The notes beneath the pieces are model-generated. The model was not told where the DNA came from. It searched no databases and saw only the letters and a list, made by a program, of their open reading frames with translations. A stretch of 64,000 bases of DNA from an uncultured bacterium (GTDB taxonomy: Bacteria; Desulfobacterota_D; UBA1144; Nemesobacterales; UBA2774), in contig CAWGRW010000009.1 of assembly GCA_963825135.1 (NCBI GenBank), positions 1,920,001 through 1,984,000 of the forward strand, given 5' to 3'. This document shows, piece by piece, positions 9,294 through 20,300 of the stretch; the stretch's first letter is position 1, and every line of letters starts with the position of its first letter. The position numbers and the translations under genes are program-made.

Positions 9294-10739
9294 GTGAAGA
9301 ATATTAAAGTCGATGTGGCAATCATAGGCGCCGGTACCGCCGGTATGGTCGCATACAGCGCAGTCAGCAAACATACGGACAAGGTTGCTCTCATAGAAGG
9401 CGGGCGGTACGGCACAACATGTGCGAGGGTCGGCTGCATGCCGAGTAAACTGCTCATTGCAGCGGCAGACGCGGCTCACTCGATCGAGGAAGCCCCCGCG
9501 TTCGGTGTTTTCCCCGGGGGTAAGCCGATAGTCGACGGCGTAAAAGTGATGGAGCGTGTGAGATCCGAGCGCGACCGTTTCGTCAGCTTCGTCCTCGATT
9601 CGATTGAATCGATGCCTTCAGGGAGCAACCTCAAGGGACACGCCCGCTTCATCGACGACAACACTCTCATTGTCGATGACCACACCACTGTAAAGGCCGG
9701 ATCGATCGTTATAGCTACGGGGTCGAGCCCTTCCGTGCTCCCTATGTTTCAGGGTCTCGGGGACAGGCTCGTCGTCAGCGACGACGTGTTTTACTGGCGG
9801 GACCTTCCTACCTCCGTCGTCATCTTCGGGGCCGGTATCATCGGGTTAGAGATCGGTCAGGCTCTCGCGAGGCTCGGCGTAAGGGTCGTGCTATTGAGCA
9901 AGCAGGGACTTCTGGGCCCCCTCAATCACCCCGAGATAAAAGAGTACGCGGGAAAAACGTTCGCCGGCGAGTTCTATATTGATACCGACGCCGAAGTGCT
10001 CGGCGTGGAAAAGAAAGAAGGCGGGGTCGAGGTCCGCTTTAAAGACCTCCGGGGTAAAGAGCGCGTCGAGACGTTCGATTACGCCCTCGCGGCGACAGGG
10101 CGGGTGCCTAACGTCAAAGACCTCGGGCTCGAAAATACGAGCCTCGAGCTCGACAAGAGGGGCGTGCCGGTTTACGACCGATACACGCTCCAGTGCGGCA
10201 AGAGCCCCATATTCATCGCCGGGGACTCCAACGGCGACGTCCCTCTCCTCCATGAAGCGGCTGACGAGGGCGGTATCGCGGGAGAGAACGCTTACCGTTA
10301 CCCCGACGTGAGCGCGGGCAGGAGGAGAAGCCCAATCACGGTCGTATTTACGGAGCCCCAGATGGCCGTAGTCGGCTCCGGATATAACGAGCTTAAGAAA
10401 AAGGAGGGGCTTTGTTTCGTCACGGGTCGGGTTTCGTTCGAGGACCAGGGGAGGAGCAGGGTCATGCTGCGGAATAAGGGACTGCTCCATATATACGCCG
10501 AGTACGGAACGGGCATATTCCTTGGCGCCGAGATGTTCGGCCCCCGCGCCGAGCACATAGGCCAGCTGCTGGCCTGGGCCCATCAATTGAAAATGACCGT
10601 CCCCTGTATGATCGAGATGCCTTTCTATCACCCTGTTGTCGAAGAGGGGCTACGCACGGCGCTGCGGGACGCAAACGGGAAGCTGCACATGGGACGCGCC
10701 CTCGCCGAGAACAGCATGGAATGCGGCCCGGGCACTTAA
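9294..10739 (+). CDS. Dihydrolipoamide dehydrogenase-family flavoprotein (stand-alone)
   Basis: GAGTAG, TTCARVGCMPSK redox disulfide, GAGIIG, FYHPVVEE. Confidence 0.9.
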   Translation: MKNIKVDVAIIGAGTAGMVAYSAVSKHTDKVALIEGGRYGTTCARVGCMPSKLLIAAADAAHSIEEAPAFGVFPGGKPIVDGVKVMERVRSERDRFVSFVLDSIESMPSGSNLKGHARFIDDNTLIVDDHTTVKAGSIVIATGSSPSVLPMFQGLGDRLVVSDDVFYWRDLPTSVVIFGAGIIGLEIGQALARLGVRVVLLSKQGLLGPLNHPEIKEYAGKTFAGEFYIDTDAEVLGVEKKEGGVEVRFKDLRGKERVETFDYALAATGRVPNVKDLGLENTSLELDKRGVPVYDRYTLQCGKSPIFIAGDSNGDVPLLHEAADEGGIAGENAYRYPDVSAGRRRSPITVVFTEPQMAVVGSGYNELKKKEGLCFVTGRVSFEDQGRSRVMLRNKGLLHIYAEYGTGIFLGAEMFGPRAEHIGQLLAWAHQLKMTVPCMIEMPFYHPVVEEGLRTALRDANGKLHMGRALAENSMECGPGT

Positions 10740-10770
10740 AGAATGAATGTGAGTAGATTTTAATAACGTC

Positions 10771-10994
10771 GTCATTGAGAGGACGATTTCGAACGTGTGC
10801 GGAAATCGTTCTTCCTTAGCTAATTGCGAATGTGCCTGTTCATCTATGTTCCGGAGTAACATAATCCATATCAAGCGACCGCGGCATTCCGCAACTCCGC
10901 GGCGACACCCCCCCGTTCGCACTGAGCGTGTCGAAGTGCGCATTCTTTATTTCCCTCCCCCTTTTCCACAGCGGGAGGGTTAAGGGCGGGGGTT
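10771..10994 (+). repeat. Mosaic of REP-like palindromes
   Basis: gtcattgagagg...gaaatcgt (10771-10809); gttcgcactgagcgtgtcgaagtgcg (10915-10940); ccctcccc...gggagggttaagggcgggggt (10953-10993). Confidence 0.6.
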
Positions 10995-10997
10995 AAC

Positions 10998-11069
10998 CTC
11001 GTCATCGACGATTCTAAGTACGTCACGGGCTCGGACCTCGTCATCGACGGCGGCTGGACAACGCTTTAA
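10998..11069 (+). pseudogene. 3' remnant of a short-chain dehydrogenase (SDR) gene
   Basis: Translates LVIDDSKYVTGSDLVIDGGWTTL*, the classic SDR C-terminus, with no upstream ORF. Confidence 0.7.
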
Positions 11070-11136
11070 CGCCCGCTTACGTGGGGGGATGAAAGATTAA
11101 TATTTGTGTATAATAAATTCACGACGGTGCGCATAA

Positions 11137-11634
11137 ATGCCGATTTATGAATTTTACTGCAAGAAATGCAATACGGTCTATAAGTTCTACTCCCGTACGA
11201 TAGATACGACCACTGTCCCAAAATGCCCCGAATGCAAGAGGGTCAAGCTCGAAAGGATGTTTTCTTCCTTCGCAACGCTATCTAAAAAAGATAAAGAAGT
11301 CGGTCCCGGCGCCGGAGTGCCGGATATAGACGAGACTAAGCTCGAGAGGGCTATGGCAATGCTTGAGAAAGAGGCGGAGGGCATGGACGAGAACGACCCC
11401 ACGCAGGCGGCGGACCTCATGAGAAAGCTCACGGACGCGGCGGGTATTTCGCTCGGAGAAGGGATGGAAGAAGCCCTCGCCCGCATGGAAAGGGGCGAGG
11501 ACCCGGATAAGATTGAGGAAGACCTGGGCGGCCTGCTCGGAGAAGACTCGTTTCAATTCGAAAACAAAAAGAAAAAGGGCTCAGGGAAAGCTGCACCGAA
11601 ACCCAGGATAGACGAGACCCTCTATGAGCTCTGA
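11137..11634 (+). CDS. FmdB-family zinc-ribbon protein
   Basis: MPIYEFYCKKC...CPEC...LERMFSSF followed by an acidic helical tail. Confidence 0.88.
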   Translation: MPIYEFYCKKCNTVYKFYSRTIDTTTVPKCPECKRVKLERMFSSFATLSKKDKEVGPGAGVPDIDETKLERAMAMLEKEAEGMDENDPTQAADLMRKLTDAAGISLGEGMEEALARMERGEDPDKIEEDLGGLLGEDSFQFENKKKKGSGKAAPKPRIDETLYEL

Positions 11635-11661
11635 TCCTGCAATTTGCCAGGAGAAAATAGC

Positions 11662-13365
11662 ATGAAAAAATTATTGAGGGTTTTTCTCCCGGTAATTCTC
11701 ATCTCATTTCTATCGTTCGGCTGCGCCGGAAATAAATCAGCTACCTCCACCAAGACGCCGGCCGCGCCCCCGATTTATCAGGACACGTCGGACTTTGAAA
11801 AACCTCCCTGCTCGACCGGCGAAATAAAAATAAAGGAGGGCTCTCTCTGCGGCAATCGGGTTATGACGTCGGAAGGGAAAGCGGTGAACGCGTATCTCGG
11901 CATTCCGTTTGCCGAGTCCGCGGGAGGGCAGAACCGCTGGCGTCCCCCCGTCCCCAAGACGGCGTGGAACGGGACGTTAAATGCTACACGCATGGGGCCT
12001 TCATGCCCTCAGGTTACGCCGGTCACGACTCCCCAGAGTGAGGATTGTCTCAGTGTAAATGTCTGGACTCCCGCCGACGCTTCCGCATCTCCGCGGGCCG
12101 TCATGGTGTTTATTTACGGCGGAGCGTTTGTTTACGGCTCTAACGCCAACCCCCGTTACGACGGTGCGTACACCGCCGCCTACGGGGACGTCGTCGTCGT
12201 GAATATGAACTACAGGCTGGGCGCATTCGGCTTTCTGTCAGGCATTAGGGACAAGAAAACGGGCGAGGAGATTAACGGCAACTTCGGTATACTCGATCAG
12301 ATTCTCGCGCTAAAATGGGTGCGCGATAATATCGGCGCCTTCGGCGGAGACCCGGATAAGGTAACCATCTACGGCGAGAGCGCGGGCGCCATGAGCGTAG
12401 GGCTCCATATGTTGTCGTCCCCCGGCTCGGAGCCGCTCTTCCGGGCGGGCATAATGGAGAGCAACCCGCTCGGGCTTCCTTACAAGAGCCTGAAACAGTC
12501 TCATTCGATAGCTAAGGAATTTGCTTCCAATCTCGGCTGCCCGGTTGACGATATAGGGTGCATGAGGTCGAAGCTGCCCGAGGTGGTGCTGGACGCGCAG
12601 TCGCAGCGAGACCTCGTCTGGCCCGCGCTCCTCCACGGCATAGGCGATATGCTTGTCTGGGCGCCCGTGATCGACGGGGATGTATTGACGGAGCAGCCGC
12701 TCGAAGCCGCCTTGAAGGGCAAACTGACCAAGCCGGTTATTATAGGCACAAACGCGAACGAGGCTCTGATATTCGTAGAGAAGGCGAAATCCGGGCTCGG
12801 CTGGAAAACCGTATCCGATTTTGATTACCGTCTTACGATGGATTTCATTCTTCGGGACGGAGAGTTAAGAAAGAAAATATACAAGAAGTATCCGCCGAAC
12901 GGGAAGGACAACACGGATCTTATCTCCAGGGTGCTTTCGGAATACCTTTTCGCGTGCCCGAGTCTGGACGCGGTATCGCATGCCTCCCGTCAAACCTGGT
13001 CATATCGGTTTCACCACATACCGTCCTTCAACATCTGGACCCAGTTTCCGGCCTGCGCGGACGCTGTCTGCCATTCGGTGGAGCTGCCGTTCGTATTCCA
13101 CACGGCCGAGAACGCAGGCCGGACCTTCACCGCGGAGGAGAACGGGCTTTCCAATCTGATGGTCGGCTACTGGACGGATTTTGCAAAGAATTTGAATCCG
13201 GACGGGGGAGCGGCCATGTGGCCTGAATTCGGTCCCGGTTCAAAGAACCTCGTATTTATAACCCCTGTAAATGATATTCAAGCCAAACCTGACACCACTT
13301 CCGATTGCGGGTTCTGGGACGGCGTTGGTTATAATCTGCGCGATTCTTTCTGGGGATTGTTCTAG
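11662..13365 (+). CDS. Type-B carboxylesterase, probable lipoprotein
   Basis: LSFGC lipobox; SEDCL, NYRLG, NFGILDQ, GESAG, CHSVE. Confidence 0.92.
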   Translation: MKKLLRVFLPVILISFLSFGCAGNKSATSTKTPAAPPIYQDTSDFEKPPCSTGEIKIKEGSLCGNRVMTSEGKAVNAYLGIPFAESAGGQNRWRPPVPKTAWNGTLNATRMGPSCPQVTPVTTPQSEDCLSVNVWTPADASASPRAVMVFIYGGAFVYGSNANPRYDGAYTAAYGDVVVVNMNYRLGAFGFLSGIRDKKTGEEINGNFGILDQILALKWVRDNIGAFGGDPDKVTIYGESAGAMSVGLHMLSSPGSEPLFRAGIMESNPLGLPYKSLKQSHSIAKEFASNLGCPVDDIGCMRSKLPEVVLDAQSQRDLVWPALLHGIGDMLVWAPVIDGDVLTEQPLEAALKGKLTKPVIIGTNANEALIFVEKAKSGLGWKTVSDFDYRLTMDFILRDGELRKKIYKKYPPNGKDNTDLISRVLSEYLFACPSLDAVSHASRQTWSYRFHHIPSFNIWTQFPACADAVCHSVELPFVFHTAENAGRTFTAEENGLSNLMVGYWTDFAKNLNPDGGAAMWPEFGPGSKNLVFITPVNDIQAKPDTTSDCGFWDGVGYNLRDSFWGLF

Positions 13366-13527
13366 AGACCCGGGATGAATAATCTGTCACCGGTTCTATA
13401 TTGACCGGCCCCGATTCTATCTTGCGGTTATTCGCTCAAAGCAGTAGAATTTGCTGACCGTCCCGTCGAAGTCTCGCAGAGGTTTCGGACCGTGCTGTTA
13501 TGAAGCTTCTTACAGTTTATTTGATAT

Positions 13528-14763
13528 GTGTATCTCGTATTCGCCGGGGCGCTCTCTGCCCGGGCCGGGGAAGATTCCGGCAAGGAACCGGGCTCCTTCT
13601 TCTCAGACCTTTCTACGCGTGAGCATCTTACCGGAAGCTGGGACGGCTTGAGAGACAGGCTCAACGAATGGGGGCTCACTCCCACGGCCGGCTACAGCGC
13701 CTCTCTGCTCGGGAACCCTGCGGGAGGAATAAGAAAGGGGATAAAGTACGCGGGACTCCTCGACGTCTATCTCGATTTCGACCTCGAAAAGCTGCTCGCG
13801 ATAAGGGATACAAAGCTCGTCGTCTCGGGCGCTTGGGCGTTCGGCGAGAACCTGAGCGGGGGTGACATCGGTAATTACTTCACGGTTTCGAACGACTACA
13901 ACGGCAAGGTAGTAAAGCTTTACCAGTTCTATATTGAGACCGGGCTATGTAAGGACAAGTTGACGGTCGCGCTCGGGCGCATGGGCATAGGGGACGATTT
14001 CGCGGCCGCTGATGTATTTTACCTCTACGTGAACTCTGCGGTTGATACCAACCCGATAAGCCTTCAGTACAATATCCCGGCTTTCCTTAGTAACCCGGAC
14101 GCGGCGCTCGGCGCGCGTATCAGTGTAAAACCGTTAGACGAATTTTATCTGGCCGCGGGTGTATATAACGCCGCCCCCGTATCCGGAGGCAATTCCGGCG
14201 TTTCTATCAAAACGGATTTCACGTTCGGCGACGGTGTGATTCTGATAAGCGAAGCGGGTTACACGCCCGGGAGGAAGGAAGGTTCGGCGGGGCTCCCGGG
14301 GGAATATAAAATCGGCGCTTACTACGACACGGGCGATTTCGATGAGCTTTCGGACGATGAGAATAAGCGTAACGGGAATTACGGCTTTTATATGATCGCG
14401 GATCAGATGGTCTACCGCGAGCCCGGGGACGGCGGTCAGGGCATGACGCTCTGGGCGGCCTCGACGTTCGCTCCGGAGGAGGGAATCAATCTGTTCCCGC
14501 TTTTTCTCTCCGGAGGTTTCTCGTACGAGGGTCTGTTGCCGGGCAGGAATAACGACACGGCCGGTTTCGGTTTCGCATACGGCAAGGTCAGCCGGGATCT
14601 GGACAACGGGGACTATGAAATCGGCATCGAGGGCACCTACATATACCAGGTTACGCCCTGGCTCGGCTTACAGCCTGACGTACAGCTTATAGTACATCCC
14701 GGTGGGGACGCGGGCATACCGGACGCCCTCGTCGCGGGGATGCAGATATCCGTCGATATTTAG
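13528..14763 (+). CDS. Carbohydrate-selective porin (OprB family); signal peptide appears frameshifted
   Basis: HLTGSWDGLRDRL, GEYKIG, ADQMVYRE, LQPDVQ..VHPGG; the likely true ATG at 13500 is out of frame. Confidence 0.85.
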   Translation: MYLVFAGALSARAGEDSGKEPGSFFSDLSTREHLTGSWDGLRDRLNEWGLTPTAGYSASLLGNPAGGIRKGIKYAGLLDVYLDFDLEKLLAIRDTKLVVSGAWAFGENLSGGDIGNYFTVSNDYNGKVVKLYQFYIETGLCKDKLTVALGRMGIGDDFAAADVFYLYVNSAVDTNPISLQYNIPAFLSNPDAALGARISVKPLDEFYLAAGVYNAAPVSGGNSGVSIKTDFTFGDGVILISEAGYTPGRKEGSAGLPGEYKIGAYYDTGDFDELSDDENKRNGNYGFYMIADQMVYREPGDGGQGMTLWAASTFAPEEGINLFPLFLSGGFSYEGLLPGRNNDTAGFGFAYGKVSRDLDNGDYEIGIEGTYIYQVTPWLGLQPDVQLIVHPGGDAGIPDALVAGMQISVDI

Positions 14764-14827
14764 GATCGATCGTTATATACTGCGGCGGGAATTCCGGGAA
14801 CCCTCATCGGCGGCGTAAACGATCCCG

Positions 14828-15634
14828 TCAATTGTTTCCCGGCTTGAATACATCTTTAAGGAATTCCTTCATCTGCGCCCACGACTTTACGTCCGCTTCC
14901 TTGTTGTAGGCGATCGGCAGATTGTTTTCCTGGCCCAGCCTGTCCGCATCCGGGTTCGTGAAGCTGTGCTTTGCCCCTGGATAGACGACTATTTCGTAGT
15001 CTGCGTGAGCAGCGTCCATCTCCCGCTTAAAAGCGTCTACCTGCTCCTCAGGCACGAAGGTATCGTCGCCTCCCGTAAACACCAGGATCTTTGTCTTTAC
15101 CGTGTCCGGTGAGGCATCGGACATGGGGCTCAGGTTCCCGTGGAAGCTGACGACTCCGTCGAGGTCCGCCCCGGTGCGCGCCATGTGGAGTACGACAGCC
15201 CCGCCAAAGCAGTAACCTATCGCCGCAATTTCTTCCGGATTCACGGTTTTCTGCTGCTTCAGCAGCGCGAGCGCCGCATTGAACCTCTTCTCGCCTATCC
15301 CCATGTTATTCATGACTTCGGTCACGAACTTTTGAGCGTCCTCGGGGTGCTCGCTGTTTTTTCCGTCCCCGTACATATCCACGGCGAGGGCGGTGTATCC
15401 GAGCCCCGCGAGCATGTCCGCTCTCTTCCTGACGTAATCGTTAAGCCCCCACCATTCGTGGACTACGAGGACCCCGGGTCTTTTCCCTTTGATGCTATCG
15501 TCGTACGCGATGTATCCCTTGAGAGCCGTCCCGTCCGCCTTGTACTCGACTGTTTCACCTACAATCTTCGAATAGGACTGAGACGTAAGGAATGCGCATA
15601 GAATCAGGAGCGTATAGCCGAGCGTTCTCATCAT
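14828..15634 (-). CDS. Dienelactone hydrolase family protein (secreted)
   Basis: HEWWGLN, GYCFGG, HSFTNP; GGGGGGA RBS before ATG 15634; signal peptide. Confidence 0.92.
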   Translation of the reverse strand: MMRTLGYTLLILCAFLTSQSYSKIVGETVEYKADGTALKGYIAYDDSIKGKRPGVLVVHEWWGLNDYVRKRADMLAGLGYTALAVDMYGDGKNSEHPEDAQKFVTEVMNNMGIGEKRFNAALALLKQQKTVNPEEIAAIGYCFGGAVVLHMARTGADLDGVVSFHGNLSPMSDASPDTVKTKILVFTGGDDTFVPEEQVDAFKREMDAAHADYEIVVYPGAKHSFTNPDADRLGQENNLPIAYNKEADVKSWAQMKEFLKDVFKPGNN

Positions 15635-15743
15635 ATTCCCCCCCTGTGGTATTGTATTACATTCATAAATGATGGGAATACGGATGTCAACAAATTTATC
15701 CCGAAATGACATTATTCCGGGACGCTTATAAACGGAGGATCCC

Positions 15744-17255
15744 TTGACAGGCAAGCTTGCGCTGACCTTTGTGGCGATGGGGATAGGGGTGCTGGTAATC
15801 GCGGTCGACATAGCCGCGATAAACGTCGCGCTCCCGGCGGTCGAGAAGGCTTTCCGCACCGATGTCGATACCATCGAATGGGTCGTTAACGGGTACGTGC
15901 TGATGTTCGGGGTGTTGATGGTAACGTGCGGGAGGCTGGCCGACACCTTCGGACGAAGGAGGATATTCTTTCTGGGTCTGATTATCTTCGGACTGGCTTC
16001 GCTCATCGGCGGGCTGTCGGACTCCGCCGGCATCCTGATCGGGGCAAGGGTGATTCAGGGGGCAGGGGCGGCTTTGTTGTGGCCCTCGATTCTCGGAATC
16101 ATATACTCCTCCGTTTCAGACAGTCAGAAGGGCATTGCCGTGGGTCTTATTCTCGGAGCTGCCGGAGTGGGTAACGCCGCGGGTCCTCTCCTGGGCGGAG
16201 TCTTGACAGAATACGCGTCCTGGCGCTGGGTGCTTTACGTGAACGTGCCGTTGTCCCTCGCCGCCGGCATTCTCACTTATCTGGCGGTGGATAAACAGCC
16301 CGTCGGGGGCGGCAACAAGTATGTCGATTATCCGGGAATAGCTGCGGTTTCAATTTCGCTTGTATCGCTCATGTATGCATTAAACCAGTCCGATTCATGG
16401 GGATGGGGATCGTATAAAACGATTTCCCTCCTGGTGTTATTCGCCGTAGTCATGCTCCTTTTTATCCGGATCGAGAGAAGGACGGAAGAGGCGCTGATAC
16501 CGAAAGACGTCATGTCCAACCTCCCGTTCATGCTCGCGGCTACGATAATGTTTACCGTGATACCCGCCTTTTTCAGCCTCCTCCTGTACATGCCGCAGTA
16601 TTATGAAAAGTTCTTCGATTATTCGCCCCTCCGGGCGGGTGCGTCCCTTGTCCCGATGCTGCTTACGTTTGCCGTATTAGCCCCGATTTCCGGGAAAATA
16701 TACAATCATTTAGGTCCCCGGTTATCTATATTCATCGGAATGTCTTTGACCCTGGTCGGGACCGTCGGCATCATCGTTTTCGGGTTTGGCGGCGGTTATT
16801 ACGGTTTTCTGCCGGGGTTGATTATTTCCGGGGCCGGATTCGGATTTGCCATACCTTCGATAACCACAGCAGCCGTCGGGTATGTTCGGGAATCGAGGGC
16901 CAGCCTCGCCGGAGGCATCGTATACATGTTTCAGCTGGTCGGAGGAGCGCTCGGCCTTGCCATAGTCACCACTATATTCACGGCTGCGGCCAGGAAAGAC
17001 GTGACGGATAGTCTGACCGGTTACGGGCTCCGCCTGTCCGAGGAGCATCAAACCAGCATCCTCGGCTTTATGATCGGAAGCGGGAGCAAACAGGCGCTGC
17101 TTGACGATTTTGGTCAGGCGGCGTTTAACGACACATTTCATCATGTATACAATGCGTACACCTCGGGCATTAGATACGGTCTGGGGTTTGCGGCCTTTGT
17201 CGTGGCAATAGGGGCCGTCCTGACTTTTTTCATCGGTGTAAAGAAGGCCGCGTGA
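15744..17255 (+). CDS. MFS DHA2 (EmrB/QacA-like) efflux transporter
   Basis: NVALP, GRLADTFGRRR motif A, GPLLGG, WRWVLYVNVP; about 14 TM segments. Confidence 0.9.
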   Translation: MTGKLALTFVAMGIGVLVIAVDIAAINVALPAVEKAFRTDVDTIEWVVNGYVLMFGVLMVTCGRLADTFGRRRIFFLGLIIFGLASLIGGLSDSAGILIGARVIQGAGAALLWPSILGIIYSSVSDSQKGIAVGLILGAAGVGNAAGPLLGGVLTEYASWRWVLYVNVPLSLAAGILTYLAVDKQPVGGGNKYVDYPGIAAVSISLVSLMYALNQSDSWGWGSYKTISLLVLFAVVMLLFIRIERRTEEALIPKDVMSNLPFMLAATIMFTVIPAFFSLLLYMPQYYEKFFDYSPLRAGASLVPMLLTFAVLAPISGKIYNHLGPRLSIFIGMSLTLVGTVGIIVFGFGGGYYGFLPGLIISGAGFGFAIPSITTAAVGYVRESRASLAGGIVYMFQLVGGALGLAIVTTIFTAAARKDVTDSLTGYGLRLSEEHQTSILGFMIGSGSKQALLDDFGQAAFNDTFHHVYNAYTSGIRYGLGFAAFVVAIGAVLTFFIGVKKAA

Positions 17256-17395
17256 TTCAGCCGGTTTCCCGCATTACAGGCACCGAGGAAATTCTGATTG
17301 TGAAAGTCATGTATTTTAGTTAATCTTAATATAGAAAGAAGTTCGCCATCAATATTCGCTAATGCCTGTGAGTTCTTAAGGCTTGGATTCCCCGA

Positions 17396-20300
17396 TTGAA
17401 TAAATATAGAAAAATATCTTTATTTCTGGGCGGCGGAGTCGGGATAGTAGTAATTCTGGCTGTCCTGTCTCTATTGCTTGTAAAAAGGCTTGTGAGCCCG
17501 GAGCGCGTAAGAGCGGAGCTTGTTTCTTATCTCTCTTTGAAGATAGGCGGGGACGTCGAATTCAAGGACGTGGAAATAAAATTCTTTCCCGGACCGCATG
17601 TGGTGCTTAGAGGAGGGGTGTTCTCCATCCCGGGGAGGGCGGAAGGGAGCTTCGAAAGCCTGGTCGTCTATCCCAGGGTATTACCCCTGTTGAGGGGCGG
17701 AGTGGAAGTCGCGAGGCTCAAGGTAATCAGGCCTGAAATTAAGCTGCTCATGCACGAGCCCCGGGCGGAGGAAGTCCCGGAGGCCGACGACTCATTTTCG
17801 TTCGGAGCACTGAGGGATGACTTCAAAGGGGCGCTCGATAACCTGGCTATACACGGTAAGGGGCTTAATGCGGAGATAGAGAACGGCACGCTTATATTAC
17901 AGAAAGACTCCGCGCCGGTTTTAAGCTTCAGCGGCATGAACGCCGATCTCTCGCTGCCGGACGATAAGCTGAGGATGAGGGTGAGGAGCGCATCCAATCT
18001 CTGGGACTCGTTCGACTTCAGGGCATGGATAGACGTGAAAAACTATCAGGGTTCGGGGACTTTGGCCGTCAGGGGCGGAAAGCCTCACAGGTTCATGGAC
18101 TTTTATCTTCCGGATAAAAAGATCGTATCCGACTCCGCCGTGAATTTGGCTCTCAGGTTCGACACAAGGGACTTAAAGGTGTTTCACTCCTCAATAGAAG
18201 CATCGGTCCCTAAATTGATATTGACGGGCGGCGGTGAAGAGCTCGCTCTGAGTGCTTCGGCGATAGACGCCGACATTTATTTCGATGAAGCGAAGCAGGT
18301 GTTCACGCTGAAAAGCGCCAAGCTTGTCAATCCGGGGCTCGACCTGAGCGGAGAATATATCGTTGACAAAAATACATCCGAAGTGAGCCTGTCTCTTCTC
18401 GGGAAGAACGTGGATGTGGTTTCGGTCAGAGACGGCGCGCTTTTCATAGCGGGTGAGCATAAAGTGACCGATGCCATATTCGAGGTCGTGAGGGGCGGGA
18501 CGGCGCCCGAAATCAAGCTCGACGCAAAGGCCACTTCGTTCAGAGGCTTATGGAAGAAGGGGAAATTCAGGATAGAGGGCGACATGGTGGACGGCGAGAT
18601 ATACATACCCGTCGCCGAGTTCGACATCGTTGAAGCGAACGGACACGCCGTGATCGCCGACGGCATGCTGAAAGGGACGAATCTCTCGGGCAGGCTCGGG
18701 AATTCGAAGGGGCATGACGGGACACTGCTTTTAGGAATCGCCGGGCCCGACGGGCCATTCAATCTCGATATCATGATCGATGCCGACCCGTCTCAGGTAC
18801 CCGCCGTTCTCGACCAGTTCGTTCATGAAGAGAGTTTTAACAAAGAGATGCGCCTTATAAAAAACGTTCGGGGTACCGCTAAGGGGCGACTAGTAATCGG
18901 CGATACGAAGAAATCTCCTCAGGCGAAAGTCAGCGTGTCCGGATACGAGTTCACCGCGGATTATGAGCGCTTTCCAAATCCGATTGCGCTGAAGGGGGAC
19001 TCGTTCGATTATGAAAATAAGAAAATAGTTGTTAAGAACGTCGATATCAAGACCGGTAAATCGGGCGCCTCTGTATCGTCGGGCTCATACGAATGGAAGG
19101 ATAATTCGTATTTCAGCGTCTCGGCGGCCGACGCCAGCGTCGATATCGGAGAGTTCTACCCCTGGCTGGCATCCGTTAACTCGCTGAAGCCCGGACTGAA
19201 AGATATCGAGTCTGCGGAGGGGACGGCCTTTTTCAAGGAGTTCGAATTCTCGGGCCCCGCTTCAAATCCCGCCGATTGGAAAATAAGCGGAAACGGCGAC
19301 CTGAAGGCGGTCAAGCTCAAACTCAAAGGCTATGACGAATGGATAAACGTAGCCGGCGCCGATGTGGAATCGACACCCGGGCATCTTTCCATATCCAATA
19401 CCGGGGTGTCTCTGGGAAACAGCACGTTGAGCGTGGATATTTCCCTGAACGACTACTTGACGGACCTCCTCGAGCTGAGGCTGAATTTCGCGGGAACGGT
19501 AGAGCCCCGTGCGATGGACGTGTTATCCGCATATATCAAACTGCCCGAGGAGCTGATTTTTCATAGTCCGCTCTCGGTGACCGATTCGTCCCTGGTTTAC
19601 CGAAGCGACGGTGCAACACCCGACGGAACAAACCGGAATACTTCCGCTTCTTTACAAAATAGCGGGCAAAAATTCGATCTGGACATGAACATCGAAACGA
19701 AGAATCTCGAGTGGCTGGATTCGCCAAAAGATGCCCCCGCTAATCCGCAACCACCTCCGGCGAATGGTCCGTGGAATTCACCCGTAAAGGGGACGGTAAA
19801 CCTCAAATCCGATAACTTCACGTTCAAGAAGCTGAATTGGGACTCCCTCGACACGGTTATAACATTCCTCGGTCAGGGGATCGATATAGACGTCAACAGC
19901 GCCAGTTTATGCGGTATTTCCACGCCCGGGCTACTTCAGGTATACCCCCCGGGGATCAAGTTCGACTTCAAACCCGCCGCAAGCGGCGGAGAGCTCGCCT
20001 CGGTCATTAAATGTCTCCTCGATAAGGCAGGGATCATATCGGGCGATCTCGATCTCCAGGCCGACATATCTTCAGACGGTAGCGGGCGCGATATATATAA
20101 CAATCTTGTAGGAGAGATGGAGCTTGATTCACGGAAGGGACGCATAGAGAAATACGGCGGTCTTGCAAAGTTTTTTACAATGCTCAACTTCGGCGAGTTG
20201 TTCCGGGGCCAGGGCCCTGATTTCGAAAAAGAAGGGTTCCCCTACGATAAGCTTACGGCCAAAGCGGACGTAAAGGAGGGAAAGGTGTTGATCAAGGAAG

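Noticed and set aside
14828..16033. 401-aa minus-strand ORF from the track
   Set aside because: The N-terminal extension is antisense to the MFS gene; the real start is ATG 15634, with an RBS and signal peptide
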